A stretch of 64,000 bases of DNA from the human T2T-CHM13v2.0 reference genome, Homo sapiens, in the NCBI RefSeq assembly GCF_009914755.1, contig NC_060930.1; one strand, written 5' to 3'. This document shows positions 19,427 through 35,138 of the stretch, one piece after another; the stretch's first letter is position 1, and every line of letters begins with the position of its first letter. Made by a program: the position numbers and the translations under genes. The notes under the pieces are model-generated. The model did not search any database. It saw only the letters and a list, made by a program, of their open reading frames with translations, and had not been told where the DNA came from.

Positions 19427-19830
19427 GATGGATTCTATGAAGAAAATGTGAGTTTTCATCCATATCACACAAAACTGAAACCTGTGGCCTCTGAGTAATA
19501 GAAACTGGTGTCTTCTAGATGTCTGCATCCATGAAAGAAAAAAAAAAACTTCTGGAAGTTAATCTAGAACTTAAATCTCAAAATTCCATGAATCATAAAA
19601 ATTAAAACAGGTTTTTAATAGATACCACATTGAATGGAAATATTTTATCAGAAATGATTAAAGCCTCATTTTGGAAAATACCTGAAAGAGTCAAAATACA
19701 TTTGGCTGTTCATGAATAGAAAGACATATAAGAGATTTATGAAGAAACAGACCAGAAATCAGACAACTTTTAAAATCTGAGTACTACATGCAGAGCTAGG
19801 CAGTGCAAGTATCTTGGAATACCAGGTTTA

Positions 19831-20130
<300 letters not shown>

Positions 20131-20400
20131 ACAAAGAAAGGAGAAAGACAAACATGTAGGGGATGGGAAGTAAGTATGAAGAGGAAAGACAAAAAGGATG
20201 TGGTAACAGTTGGTTCCTCACGAGACAGTTATAAAGCTCAGATAAGGTCTTAGCACCGACCACACAGTGTAAACAATAAAAACTCTGGACAGAGTCTAAT
20301 TATTTTTCCAATTGAATGTGAGGGTCTCATGGACAGAAACATAGCGGTTCATTACTTTGGATTCTTGGCACCTAGCACAGTGCCTGGCACATAAGAAGTA

Positions 20401-20957
20401 CAATCCTGCGTCGCTTAACAATGGGAATACGTTCTGAGAAACACGACATTAGGCAATTTCGTCATCATGCAAGCATCATAGAGTGTACTTAAATCAACCT
20501 AGATGGTGTAACCTACTGCATACCTAGGCTAGATGATATAGCCTATTATTACTTGCAGGTTACACATCTGTACAGCATCTTACTATACTGAACACTGCAG
20601 GCAAGTATTTGTGTATCTAAACATAGAAAAGATACAGTAATAATACAGCAGAAAAAATGTATAATGGTACACCTGTCCAGGGCATTTACCATGAATGGAG
20701 CTTGTAGGACTGGAAGTTGCTCTGAGTGAGTCAGTGAGAGGGTGGTGAGCCTAGGACATGAGTGTACACTTTTATACAACTGGCAGCATGGTAGGTTTGT
20801 TTACACCAGCATCACTACAAACACGTGAGCAATGTGTGCTGTGACATTACGACAGCTAGGGAATAGGAATTTTTCAGCTCCATTGTAACCTTATGGGACA
20901 ACTATAGAATACATGGTCCTTCATAGACCAAAACGTTGTTATGTAGTACATGACTGT
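20401..20957. mobile_element. Tigger3-like DNA transposon
   Basis: TA-flanked caatcctgcgtcgcttaacaatgggaatacgttctgagaaa...gtacatgactg. Confidence 0.8.
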
Positions 20958-21429
20958 ATATGAAAACAGTTCCATTCACAGGATCCACACTGATTGCAAA
21001 TTGTATCAGCTAACCAATTTTTGAAGAGGACTTTTCAAAGCAAAAAGTTAGTTATGACTTCTTAAAGTTCTTTGTTATTTTCACATCTGACATTAGGGGT
21101 ACATGTCAGAAGTGAGGCAGTATTAGTCACAAGAGGCAAATTAATTTACCCTTGATACACCATTTAATAAGACAGTCAAGAAAGAAAGTTTGCAGAAAAG
21201 CCACTGTCTGGTAGATACTAAAGGCAGAATGAAGACTTCTGCAAGCAAGCAAAGGAAACAGACACCTCAAAAACCATTCTCTCTCCTAAGTGCTGATCTC
21301 CTATAAGATCCCACAAAAGAAAAAAAATTTAATTACTAAAAATAATATAATGAGGAAGGATCAAGAAGAAAAATTGCCTTTAGCATAGACACTGCTTCTT
21401 TTTAAGTCAAGTATTTTAAGCTCCGGTTC

Positions 21430-22074
<645 letters not shown>

Positions 22075-22172
22075 CAATGCTCAAGTTCTTTAAAAAATAT
22101 ATATACTTTTCTCTTCACAAGAAGCTGAAGAAACAGTATCACCTGCTGACAATGATATATACAATTAAAACA

Positions 22173-22470
<298 letters not shown>

Positions 22471-22802
22471 TTACAACCTATATCATACAGGCCAATAGAT
22501 GGAATGACTGTCTGCAAAGAGCTATTTAGAACTTCACTATGAAAACCTGTGCTTCTGTTTCTGTTTAATACAATACAGTGTCATGGCTATGAGCACAGGA
22601 TCTGGAGCCTGTATGGATCCAAACCTGAGGTCCACTACCCACCTTCTTCTAGAAAATAGACATATGCCCTACCTCATCAAGTAATTGTGAGTTTTTAATA
22701 TTTTAATGTTTAAAATATTAATACTGATAACAGTGCTGGCAAAGGACTCTCAAAGTGTCTGTTATGATAATGATGATGATTTTTACTTCAGAAATAGCTA
22801 AT

Positions 22803-23097
22803 TTTTAATTTTTTTTGAGACAGTCTCACTCTGTCGCCCAGGCTGGAGTGCACTGGTGCAATCTCAACTCACTGCAACCTCTGCCTCCTGGGTTCAAACA
22901 ATTCTCATGCCTCAGCCTCCCTAGCAGCTGGGATTACAAGCACGTGCCACCACGCCCAGCTAGTTTTTGTATTTTTAGTAGAGGTGGGGTTTCATCATGT
23001 TGGCCAGGCTGGTCTCGGACTCCTGACCTCAGGTGGCCCGCCCACCTTAGCCTCCCAAAGTGCTGGGATTACAGGTGTGAGCCACTACGTCCAGCCT
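22803..23097 (-). mobile_element. Alu (AluS-type)
   Basis: Dimeric antisense Alu. Confidence 0.93.
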
Positions 23098-23520
23098 ACT
23101 ATTCATTTTTATTCCATCTCAAAGATTATAAAGAGGTCTAGCTTCATAATCATTCATTATAATAATGGTCAGAACTCCACAATTTACACAGCTATTTCAT
23201 ACATATTAGAAACACTAAACATTTCATAATGGTCTAACCTACCATCAAGAATGTCCTGCCTACAGTCAGTACCCTGAAGAAAACAGCACTAAAGACCTCC
23301 CAGGGTGGTGTTTCAACAATTAAACATAGGCCAGAACTTTATCACCTTTGCCAGTGCTTGGCCTTTGATCTTCAGGAAGGTACATTTTCTCCTGGTTCAT
23401 TTTCTTAAGCAGCCAACAGATGGGTTTAGACCTATCTCGGGGATGATAACAAATATATCTATTTCAAAACCCACCAAGGTCCGCAGATACGGACAATAAA
23501 GTGAAGCACAGCATCTGGGC

Positions 23521-23666
23521 TTTTTGTTTGTTTTATTTTTATTTTTTGTAGAGACGCAGTCTTACTTTGTTGTCCAGGCCAGTCTTGAACTCCTGGGCTA
23601 AAGAGATCCTCCTGCCTCAGTCTCCCAAAATACTGGGGTTACAGGTGTGGGCCACTGTGCCCAGAC
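23521..23666 (-). mobile_element. FLAM / Alu left monomer
   Basis: Monomer with flanking AAGCACAGCAT duplication. Confidence 0.8.
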
Positions 23667-23686
23667 AAAGCACAGCATTTTGATTT

Positions 23687-24027
<341 letters not shown>

Positions 24028-25098
24028 TTACTTTTGTCTCTTTCCCCAAAGCTCAGCCTAACTGCCACCACCCCTGCCACCTCACTTCCCTCTTTCCCTT
24101 TACTCTGAAGCCAGTTCCCCTAAATTCCTCCTGGTAGAATGGATAACTGGGGAGACTCCCTGGCATTGAGTGTCACTCGCAAGACTCGTGTCCCACAGGT
24201 ACCTGAAAGGTTCTCAGTGCTCTATTCTAACATTAAAGTGCTCTATACCCATGTGGAAGGAAATGTACTGTGATTTTATGTGTAAACCCCTTAGCCCTAT
24301 ACAGTATACAATTAATTTTTTCAATGGCGTAAACTTAAAAAATCTACTACTTTGGAACCCCACTAAGCCAAGATGCAACTTCGTGTCTCCTACTGTGGTT
24401 TTTTTCTATTTCTGTTTTACATTTAAATTGGACCATTCCAAGTATAAGCGGAAGTCACTTTCTGCTGCTACTAGTTAGTCCCCAGGGATATAAGTTCTGT
24501 GGGCAAGGGGGTTGGAATTAGGCAGAGGGGCACTCAGGAAAGTTGACAAAGTTGATAAATAAAGTTGATAATAAAAAAAGTTGATAAATAAAAATCAAAC
24601 ATGTTGATAAATAAAAATAAAACATGTTGATTCAATGAATAATCCTCTAAGCTGTCCCACAGAACACCACTTCCCTTTAGAGCACAGGATAAGGTTGCTA
24701 TGGCTACCAAGTTCAAAGATCTCATCCTTGCAATCCTTATCAAACGCTAATCCCTGGAACACATGTGTTAGAAAAGCATCATAGAATTCTGGGAAATAAA
24801 TATTTTAAAATTAATAGTTATTGTTATTGTTGTTGTTCTAAATATGACGGTCCTTCCAGGTATACTTCAAGTACACCTGGAGTCAGAGTGAAGACATTCA
24901 TTCCCTGATTCTGGACCAGCCACCAACGAGCTCTGTGACAAGCACACCATGGGATGCAATCATTGTCTGGTATGAACTGAACATGAGACGATTCATCTAG
25001 TCCCTGAGGGGCTAAGCTTTCTAACTAGGAAAATCAGAAGATCGTATTAATGATCCATAAAATTCTAACTCAAAAATTCCTATAAATGTTTTTAATGG

Positions 25099-26117
25099 GT
25101 TTTTTTTTTTCCAACTTTTAAGTTCAGGGATACCTGTGCAGGATGTGCAGGTTTGTTACATAGGCAAACGTGTGCCATGGTGATTTGCTGCACAGACCAT
25201 CCTATCACCTAGGTATTAAGCCCAGCATTCATTAGTTATTCTTCCTGATGCTCTCCCTCTCCCCACCCCCACACCCCACAAATGTTGGCTGTTATTCTGC
25301 ATGCTTCAAGTCTACTATCTCATTTAATCTTCGCAACAACCCTCAATGTGCTACTGAGAAAACTCACACAAAGTTAATGGCCCCAAAACCCTCAGCTGTA
25401 GGGCAGCTCCATTAGTCAAACTGAGGTGCTTAGGCTGCATGCAGTTGCCTCTCAAGATCTCATTCTTGTACAGGAGAAAATCTGAATTAAGCCCCATTGT
25501 GTGCTGTTCCCCCCAACCATGTGTCCATGTGTTCTCATCATTCAGCTCCCACTTATAAATGAAAACATGCAATATTTGGTTTTCTGTTCCTGCATTAGTT
25601 TGCCGAGGATAATGGTTTGTAGCTCCATCCATGTCCCTGCAAAGGACATGATTTCATTCATTTTTATGGCTGCATAGTATTCCATGGTGTATATGTACCA
25701 CATTTTCTTTATCCAGTCTATCCAGTCAACCTAAATGGGCATTTAGGTTGATTCCATGTGTCTGTTATTGTGAATAGTGCTGCAATGAACATATGCATGC
25801 ATGTATCTCTAAAATCACTTATATTCCTTTGGGGATAGACCCAGTAATGGGATTGCTGGGTCAAACGGTATTTTTGCTCCTAGGTCTTTGAGGAATCACC
25901 ACACTATCTTCCACAATGGTTGAACTATTTTACATTCCTACCAACAGTGTAAAAGTGCTCCTTTTTCTCCACAATCTTGCCAGCATCTGTTGTTTTTTAA
26001 CTTTTTAATAATAGCCATTCTGACTGGTATGAGATGCTATCTCATTGTGGTTTCGATGTGCATTTCTCGAAAGATCAGTGATGTTGAGCTTTTTTTTCAT
26101 ATGTTTATTGACCATAT
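25099..26117 (-). mobile_element. L1PA-type 3' fragment, interrupted at 25276-25490 by a non-L1 insert
   Basis: Poly(T), then 'ttcagggatacctgtgcaggatgtgcaggtttgttacataggc' (L1PA 3' UTR), then antisense ORF2 C-terminus. Confidence 0.92.
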
Positions 26118-28296
26118 AATAGAAGCAGCAAGGCTATCCCACCAAACATCCACTCCTCCTCAAAGTTCAGCGCACCAGAACATACACAGGTGTCTAGTAG
26201 GTACTGGGGATTTGCCGGGGGTTGGATTAAAGAAATAAAACAATAGTAATTTCCCCACAAGAACCGGAAAAAGGCAAGCCCTGAATCTTTCCCTCCTTTT
26301 GGTGACCACTGCAATTTGCTTCCGCCAGCCTACTGCACCCATGACATGTCTGTCTTCTGCCACAAGGATATGTCATCTCCATTACTAGCCTGGCTCTTCT
26401 CTGAAGAGAGGACCCTTATCCAGTAGACCTTCGCTTTGCCCAGAGAGCAGACACTTTCATGGGCTCTTTTCAACAAACCCTGATAGCTCTTGATGTCCTC
26501 CTACTTGCTCCGATTTCCCCTTCATTCCTTTTCCCAACCACTTCCACTCACCCTTGCCCTCATTACTTGCCGTTTTCCCCTCCCTCAGCCCTGCTATGTT
26601 CCCTTATTGGCTCACCCCTGCCATCTCCTGAGGGCCTACCCAGTGGGGACTCTTGGGCCCCTCGGACAGCTCGCTAACCCCTTTCTTGCTCCAATAAACA
26701 CCACAGCTCTGTGTCACTCATATCCTACTCTCTGACCCTCATAGAATGAGCTGCTCTAATTTTTGGCACTAAGCTCAAGACTTGTCTACACTTGATGAAC
26801 CTGACAACAAAATCCCACTTTGAGCTGCCCTTAACCTCATGAGAATTGCTGGACTTTAAATATGAATTTCTGGCTTTTAAATTTGACACCATCTCTCTAT
26901 TTTACCACTTAGCAAATACCAATTACTTGATACTTTTGATGTTTTACATTCAGAGACATACAATGTATCCATGGGCAAGTGCATTTAATGAAAACTTTCA
27001 TTTAATAAATGGCATCTCTTACATAAACTTGCAACATGTTTTCCAATTGGAGACCTAGAAAGGCTTCATTAGAACTTAAAATTTAAGAATTAAAGAAAGT
27101 GAAATGACCAGGAACCAGTTTGATTTAGCCTAAGCTGAGTTTAATGAGACATATAATTAAAATAGAAATACTAGCAAATGATTACCTTGAGCCAATCAGT
27201 TTCAGGCAGTGCTAATAGCAGGTTAAAAATAGAAACAGGATGATTTCATCTTGCCTACTTCTCAGCTGCCAAAGTACTTGCCTGTTGAGGGCATTTCCCA
27301 TCTTGTGGCTGCAGTGGGGAGAGATGAATTATGAATGACAATCTGGCCACAACTTCGACTGTTATGGTGACTCCCCGCTCCCCAGGTTCCACACTAAGAT
27401 GAGGAAGCCCAGGCCACCTCTGGATGGCCAGAGCATCTCAGAAAGGATAAAGCCACCACAGGTGGAGGAGGAAACGCCACACCCTGGCCCATTTCACCTG
27501 CCCAGGGTGAGACCTTTCCTTTCTTAGATTTCTTTTCTTTCTCCTCCTAGTACCATCTCCCTTCTGCCTTCTTCTTCCCCTCCCCTTTCCACCCCCACTT
27601 GATTCTATTTTCTCCTGCTGGCCTTTGCGTCCATCTGTTTTCTTCTTTCTTGAACTCCAATATGGATGGAAAGTAGTCACAGACTCATTCAATTAAATAA
27701 AAATTCCCAGAGAGCCTCTCTCTGACATCAGGGACTGTGCTACACCGTACTGTGCTTACAAAAATGGCAGAAGCTTTGCTATCCACCTTCTAGAGAAAGA
27801 AGTAAAACAAGCACAGCAGACCACTTACACATAAGGCGGCCTCGGTGCCCACGCGTGTGAAACACACACCCTGTGGGTGTCCAAAGGGGAGGGTGCACGC
27901 CTGCATGGAGACCAGATGATGAGGGAGGGATCGTTCTAAGTGGAGACTGTGTTTCCCAATATACAGCACTATGAGAGGGCAGGGTATATATGTTTATAAT
28001 TTAGTGCCTCTGAATAATGAGAGATTAGTTTACATCTATAGTAAATTTAAGGAAGGGCTACCAGCACACAGAACTTCTCATAGACAACACTATGGGATAC
28101 AAGAGCCTGGGCTCTAGAGTCAGAACAATTATGGTTTAAATCCCTGCTCATCTACAAAGATCACAGGGTAACCTATGTAGACGCCTGGGTTACCCTGGAT
28201 AAATTGCTCAAATTCCTTGGTTATAAAATAGGCGTATAATGCCTATTTCCAGAGTTGTTAGGAGAATCTGAGTAATGCATGGAAAGTATTTGACAT

Positions 28297-28610
28297 TGTC
28301 TTAGTCCATTCAGGCTGCTATAACAAAATACCTTAGACTAGGTAATTTGTAAACAACAGACATGTATTGCTCATGGATCCAGAGGCTGGGAAGTCCAAGA
28401 GCAAGCAGATTGGTGTCTGGGTGAGGACCCATTCCTCATAAATGGCACCTTCTACGTGTCCTTACATAGCAGAACGGCCAAACAAGCTCCCTCCAGTCTC
28501 TTATAAAAACACAAATCCCACACCAAAGGCCCACCTCTTAATATTATTGCATTAGGAATTAGGTTTCAACATATGAATTTTGGAAGGACACAAACATTCA
28601 GACCATAGCA
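28297..28610 (-). mobile_element. MLT1A-like MaLR solo LTR
   Basis: tgtcttagtccattcaggctgctataac...cagaccatagca. Confidence 0.85.
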
Positions 28611-29925
28611 ACATCTAACATACTGCTAATCTTCCTCCTGAGTCCATACATAATTAAGGACCTCTCATTTCTGGAATATTGGGAAGAGACCTTCCTCTAT
28701 TCTCTCCCTCAGTCTGCCCAAGGGAAGGGAATGAGTGACTCTGAGAGACCCTTTCTCCCAGGCGAGCAATACCTTGGGTCTGTTCTCTGGCCTCTTTCCT
28801 AAGCTGCCAGCCCACAGACTGCCCCTTGCCCCTTCCTCCTGCCCCCAGTGAGCCAAACCCCTGTGACACCGTGCAGCTGCTCCAACCACGGCAGGGGTAA
28901 ATCAGAACCATTCAGGTTGCAGGAGCTCCTCCCTTAACTCAGGTCCATATCGACACCTCCATTTTAGCTTTCTCCACATCAAAGTTGATATCTGGAACTC
29001 TGGCTGACACCTGTGTGTGTTTTCCGATTGATTGTCAACTCATAGGAGGGGGTGACAATGGAACTCTCAAACCCCAACCATTATTATAACTATGGGAGAT
29101 GACAGGGAATTTTTCACAGATAGAACAGTTTCAGAAAACACAATGGAAAGGATTGGCAGTACATGCGTAAAAAGGACAAGTAATATAAAGTGCTCTTCAG
29201 ACAGAGAAGCTCCCCAGCCTGATCTCCTACTCCTCTCCAGAGAGGCCAACCTGTAGCCACAGAGAACTCCCTGTCCTCTGCGTCACCTCCCCTTTATGAC
29301 TCCCTCACTCAAGGCACCTGGCAGGCTGCCCTGTCCTCCAGGCTGGAAAGTAACTAAAATAAACTGTAACATAATCCATGGTATGATCTACCTGGAAAAA
29401 AAAATATGTTTACAGAAAGGAGAAGTCTGCAAGGATTCTACTAAAACAAACCAAAAAATAAGTTTACTAAGACTATGTGAGGATATCCCCAGCCCTCTAT
29501 AGGTGAGCAGGTGCCACAACCAGCTGAGCCAGGTACAGCCACATGACACACCTGGGTCCAGCTGACCAGCTTGGCTCAACCACCATGACTGTGATGCTCA
29601 CCCACTAACTCCCTTTGCTTCTGATTATACTTTGAATTTGCCAGGAAAGTCTCCTAGACAGGATATAAAAGCAATGGCTATCCAACATCAGTATTTTCAT
29701 CCTGTTTATTAGCTGTGTAAGTCAAAGGAAATGGATAAAATGGCATTCCGTCTGGTTGGTATCCATCTCTAAGCCCTGCCAAGTGTTAAGTCCACCAACA
29801 AAAATCAGATTACTTAGCAAAGCTAAGAACAGTACCCAGAACAGTTGTGACTGCACAAAAGTATTGCTTCTGGCAAAACCCTGCCCAAAAGGCTTGCCAG
29901 CCCCAAAATGCCATTGATATCTCTT

Positions 29926-30279
29926 TGTATTAGTCTGTTTTCACACTGCTGATAAGGATATACCTGGGACTGGGAAGACAAAGAGGCTGAATTGGACTTA
30001 CAGCTCCACATGGCTGGGGAGGCCTCTGAATCATGGCAGGAGGCGAAAGGCACTTCTTACATGGTGGCAGCAAGAGAAAAATGAGGAAGAAGTAAAAGTG
30101 GAAACCCCCAATAAACCCATCAGATCTCGTGAGACTTATTCACTATCATGAGAATAGCATAGGAAAGACTGGCCCCCATGATTCAATTATCTCCCCCTGT
30201 GTCCCTCACATAACACGTGGGAATTCTGGGAAACACAATTCAAGTTGAGATTTGGTGGGGACACAGCCAAACCATGTTA
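29926..30279 (-). mobile_element. THE1 (B/C) solo LTR
   Basis: tgtattagtctgttttcacactgctgataa...cagccaaaccatgtta with 5-bp TSD CTCTT. Confidence 0.92.
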
Positions 30280-31042
30280 CTCTTCCGTTTAAATTTAATA
30301 GTATTTTAGCAATGCATGGAGTCTTTGGACAGGAACTCAAAGCAAGAGGGGCAGGAAGAGGCAGGGACCTGCATCAGGCCCACCCATGAGGGGAGGGTAT
30401 GTAGGGAACCACCCAGGTGCCAGCGCTGATGTGGAAGTCCAGCCTGGCTGGCAAAGCTAGTACCAAGGTTGGTAAAACCCCTAGTCCCCATGCAGATGGG
30501 GTTGGTGAGGGGGGACAGGTGGAGGACGGGACACTAAGGTAATGTCATGTCACAGCAGGTGGACAGAGAACAGTGGGTGATTATCTAGTGTAGCCCACAC
30601 TGGCAGACAGGTGGGCAAGGGACGGACAATGACCCTTGGGAGTGGATCCTAGTCACTAAGCCAAGGTTCCGACTACACCTCAGTCCCTTGAAGGATGACA
30701 AGCCCCCGTGTGTCTATAAGCCCCAAATTTTGTGGTGAGCAGTTAGCGTGTCTCCCCACAACCATCCTCCGCCAAATGAACCATGGAGGACACAAATCCA
30801 GCTGTGTCTGTCCCAGGCTGAGAGCCCTTTAGGTACACCCTCATTCCCTACAGAATGGAACCCTGCCATCATCTTACCATTCTCCCTCTACTCCCTACAT
30901 CTCTCCCCCTTTTAGGAAAGCTTCCCTCATCTTTACCCTCCTGCTCCCAACCCCTGAGCACATACACATGCTGGGCTAAATGTCTGCCTCGAACCACCTC
31001 TGTACCACCTCTATACTACCTATATGTACCTAACATTATAAC

Positions 31043-31047
<5 letters not shown>

Positions 31048-31090
<43 letters not shown>
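31048..31090. repeat. (TG)n microsatellite
   Basis: Direct inspection. Confidence 0.98.
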
Positions 31091-31092
<2 letters not shown>

Positions 31093-31147
31093 TTTAGCTA
31101 AATTTGAGTTCTCTGAAGATAAGGACAAGTTTTATTCATCTGTGTAA

Positions 31148-31450
31148 GGGCAGGCATAGTGGCTCACATCCATAATCAGCACTTTGGGAGGCTGAGGTGA
31201 GAGGATCGCTTGAGGCAAGGAGTTCAAGATCAGCCTGGGTAGCATAGTGAGACCCCATCTCTACAAAAAAAAATTTAATTAGCTGGGCACAGTGACACAT
31301 GCCTCAAGTATCAGCTACTCAGGAGGGTGAGGTGGGAGGATTGCTTGAGCCCAGGGATTTGAGGCTACAGTGAGCTATGATCACACCACTGCACTCCAAC
31401 CTGGGTGACAGTGACAGAGCAAGACCCTGACAATCAATCAATCAATCAAT
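31148..31450 (+). mobile_element. Alu (AluJ-type) with (AATC)n tail
   Basis: Diverged dimeric Alu. Confidence 0.9.
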
Positions 31451-31456
31451 AGCAAA

Positions 31457-31846
31457 TGTGATGGGTAATTTCATATGCCAACTTGGCTAGGCCAAAGTAC
31501 CCAGATATTTGGTCAAACATTATTCTAGATGTTTCTGTGGAGGTATTTTCAGATTAAATTAATATTTAAATCAGTAGAATTTCAGTAAGGCAGGTTACCA
31601 TGCATAATATTGGGGGGCCTCATCCAATCAATTGAAGGCCTTAATAGAAAAAGTTTGACCTCCCTGGAAGAAAAGGGAATTCTGACAGCAGACTGCCTTT
31701 GAACTTGAACTTCAAATCTTTCCTGGATCTCCAGATTTTAGACTTGTCAAGCCTCCATAATCTTTCGCTCTCTCCACACTTACATACAAATACACACATA
31801 CACACCTGGTTGGTTTTGTTTTGTGTGGAGAACGCTGGCTAATATC
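31457..31846 (+). mobile_element. MLT2-like ERVL solo LTR
   Basis: tgtgatgggtaatttcatatgccaacttggctagg...tggagaacgctggctaata. Confidence 0.8.
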
Positions 31847-32089
31847 TTAAGCCTAGCACCCATGACAGTGTCCAACATATGGCAACAAAAATTTATTTTA
31901 TTCTCTAGGGTCCAAGCACTTTCCATATTTTTTCATCCCACCTCTTAACCAACCTATAAGACAAGTATTATTACCTCCACTTAACAGATGAAAAGACTAA
32001 AACACAGGGGAAGGTTTGGTAACTTGCTCAAGGCTTCATAGGTAGTTAATATCAATTCTACCTGCTGTCTCCCATCAATAAATGATTTG

Positions 32090-32375
<286 letters not shown>

Positions 32376-33890
32376 CAATGATTTGGGAGGAAAACAATGG
32401 GAGTAAGAGGGCTGAATTTTGCTGAAAGCCAAAGTCTTGCTTATATGCAACATGTAGGAACAAAGAAAGCAGCACAAGGAGGCAGTGTCTTCACCTGCTT
32501 ATGTGCGCCATCTCCAACAATGCTTCTGGCATATCTATTGACTGGGTCCTCTCTCTCCACTCTACAGCCCCAGCACTTAAAAACCCATGTGCCCTGGGTG
32601 TTGTCACCTTTCCTGGAGCCCAGGGTGAGGGAATCAAAACCAGAAAGAGAAATGAGAGTGTGTGAGATCTTATGTAGAATGGAGAAGAAACTGTTGCCTT
32701 GTACCAAGTTGACTAGCAAGCTCTTCCCTGGGGCTAGTAGGTCTCTGAATCTGGAGGGTCCCCAACAAGGCCAGCCTGAAATGTCGCCACTTTGGGGCAG
32801 AGTCCTGGGGGAGGCTTTCAAGAAGTAGCACATATGTGAATATTTGATCAAAGGTACGTCTATGGCAATGTAAAGAGCTAAAAACTGTATCTGGGTCTGG
32901 GACTTAAGACAACTACGTGAGAGAGACAACGTGTACTTCTGAAAGTAAATAAACTAACCAGAAATTCAGAGGAAAAGCCACAGAGACTTGGGTCAGGCTC
33001 AGTGATCAATTTCTAGTTAATTTAACAGGTTCTACACTCTGACATGGAGAAAGCAAAGCATAAGCTGTGGGCATCTGAGCCTTTCAGCTTTAAGCAAAAC
33101 CTACAGCCTATAAACACGGTTAATGAAACAAATTTACCAAGTTAGGTGGAAATGTTTATTGCAAAGTTAAACTTATTGGGATAAAAATAACCTTTTATGT
33201 TTATTCCTCTAAAACATCTTTGACTACCATGACTTGCTCGTTCCGATATTAAAGTCCTCCCAAAGACATGAGACAGGATTCCTAAACTGCCTGGAATGTT
33301 TAAACGCCGACCAACAACTCCACTGGCACTAAATGAATTCAGATGTCTAGGCTTCTTACTGTGCCACATTTACTGATTCTGAAGGATGAGTAAAGTAGCA
33401 AGCATGCCATCTTGGAAAGAGCAGGGACTTTGGTGCCAATCAGTTTTGCCTTGGGCAAGGAATCTAATCTCGAGTCTAGGTCTCATCTGTAAAGTGAGGG
33501 AGGGAAAAGGATTATTATTAGGATAATTCTTAAAATTCCATAACAAGATACATACAACACATCCTGCACAAGCATCGAAATGGCCCCTCCACATGCAACT
33601 AATGCATACAGTGGGTGTTCATGGGGAGTGTGCCCCAGGGCAAGTCTCTGCTGTGGTTTCAGAGAGTTCACCTTCTCCTTCCCACTTTCCCACTGAAAAT
33701 AGTTTCAAATTCTAGTTTTACAAATTTAAAATCATCTACAAAACCAGAAAAGATTCAGCTATCTCAATTTTCAACAAAGAAGAGAAGGAGGAAAAGAGAG
33801 TCACATCACTAAGTGGTAGACCCTGGATTCATTAATATGAAAGAATAAGTCAAAAAAAGAATAATGCCTATGGTCAGGTCAAGAAGGGAA

Positions 33891-34172
33891 GGAGACTGGT
33901 GGTACACACCTGTAATATCAGCACTTTGGGAGGCCAAGGCAGGAGGATCACTTGAGGCCAGGAGTTTGAGACCAGCCTGGGCAACAGGGTGAAACCCCAT
34001 CTCTACAAAGAATACAAAAATTAGCTGAGTGTGGTGGCAAATGCCTGTAATCCCAGCTACATGGGAGGCTGAGGCGGGAGGATTGCTTGACCCCAGGAGG
34101 TCAAGGCTGCAGTGAGCCAAGATTGCACCACTGCACTAAGTGACAGAGCAAGACCTTGTCTCAAAAAAAAAG
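33891..34172 (+). mobile_element. Alu (AluJ-type)
   Basis: Dimeric Alu. Confidence 0.9.
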
Positions 34173-34576
34173 AGAGAGAAGAAGTGTAAGAGAGCACAGG
34201 TTTTCTACCTACGTTTAAAAATAAAGTTACAGCACTATATGGATCATGTGTAAGAGGCAACCCTACGAACTACAAGGGCATCTAACGAGAAGGATTAGAG
34301 GGTATTCAGAGATGCCTCAGTCTTTGTAGAGACAAGAAACTGTAGGCTAAGAATGCTAAATAACACAATGCATACACACACATAAAAGCTGGCTTGTCCT
34401 TAGAAATAGCAAGTTGCCTAATCATCATGGGAGACATGAAATTCCCATGTGAGCAAAAATTTAGAACGAGTCCCTAAAGGAGTAAATGCTCAGACAAACC
34501 ATACCATACATAGCATACTTACACCCTAGAAAATCCTGCTTCCTCCTGAAGACCCTCAGCACATTCCAGGTAGTTC

Positions 34577-35138
34577 TGTTACAGTCTCACCAATGCACCA
34601 CAATGTAGTAATTTCTCATTCTGAGGTATTACCTGGCATTCTTTGTCTCACGACCAAGAGAATTAAGGAGTGTGGACACAAAGGGTGAGGTTGGAGGGAA
34701 AGTTTAATAAGCAAAAGAAGAAAGCTCTCTGCCGCAGAGAGAGGGCCCAGAAGAGGGTTGCCATTTTTACAGTTGAATGCAAAGCCTTTTATAAGAAACT
34801 GATGAGGGCTGGGTGTCTCATTTGCATAAGGTGTGAATTTCTGGTAGCTCCATGCCCTCCTCCTAATGCACATGCAGGCCCTTAGCTTGAGTTACTCCAT
34901 ATTGCTTTGTTCCCCTTACTGCATATGTATCAGGGGATGGAACTTTCCATTGTGGGTATGTCTGGGCCAGTCACTTGTGTAGTCTTTCTTATCTGTGTGG
35001 CTGTGGGCATGTCTTAGGCAAGCCCCCTGTGCAAGTTCCTTTATCTGTGCCTGCAGGTTGTTCTTTTGTTTGAAAGAACTCAACCAAGGACCCATCCTAA
35101 ATGCATGCCTGACCAGTTTCTTCCTTTCCCACCTCTCA
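34577..35138 (-). mobile_element. ERV1-class solo LTR (MER84/MER83-like)
   Basis: TG...CA termini with 4-bp TSD GTTC. Subfamily uncertain. Confidence 0.8.

Noticed and set aside
21081-21115. 13-bp imperfect inverted repeat (hairpin); a similar 10-12 bp one lies at about 28164-28197
   Set aside because: Too short for a pre-miRNA or MITE and expected by chance in 64 kb.
32397-32929. Overlapping 143/162-aa ORFs in non-repeat DNA
   Set aside because: No recognisable homology, splice context or processed-pseudogene hallmarks; compatible with chance.
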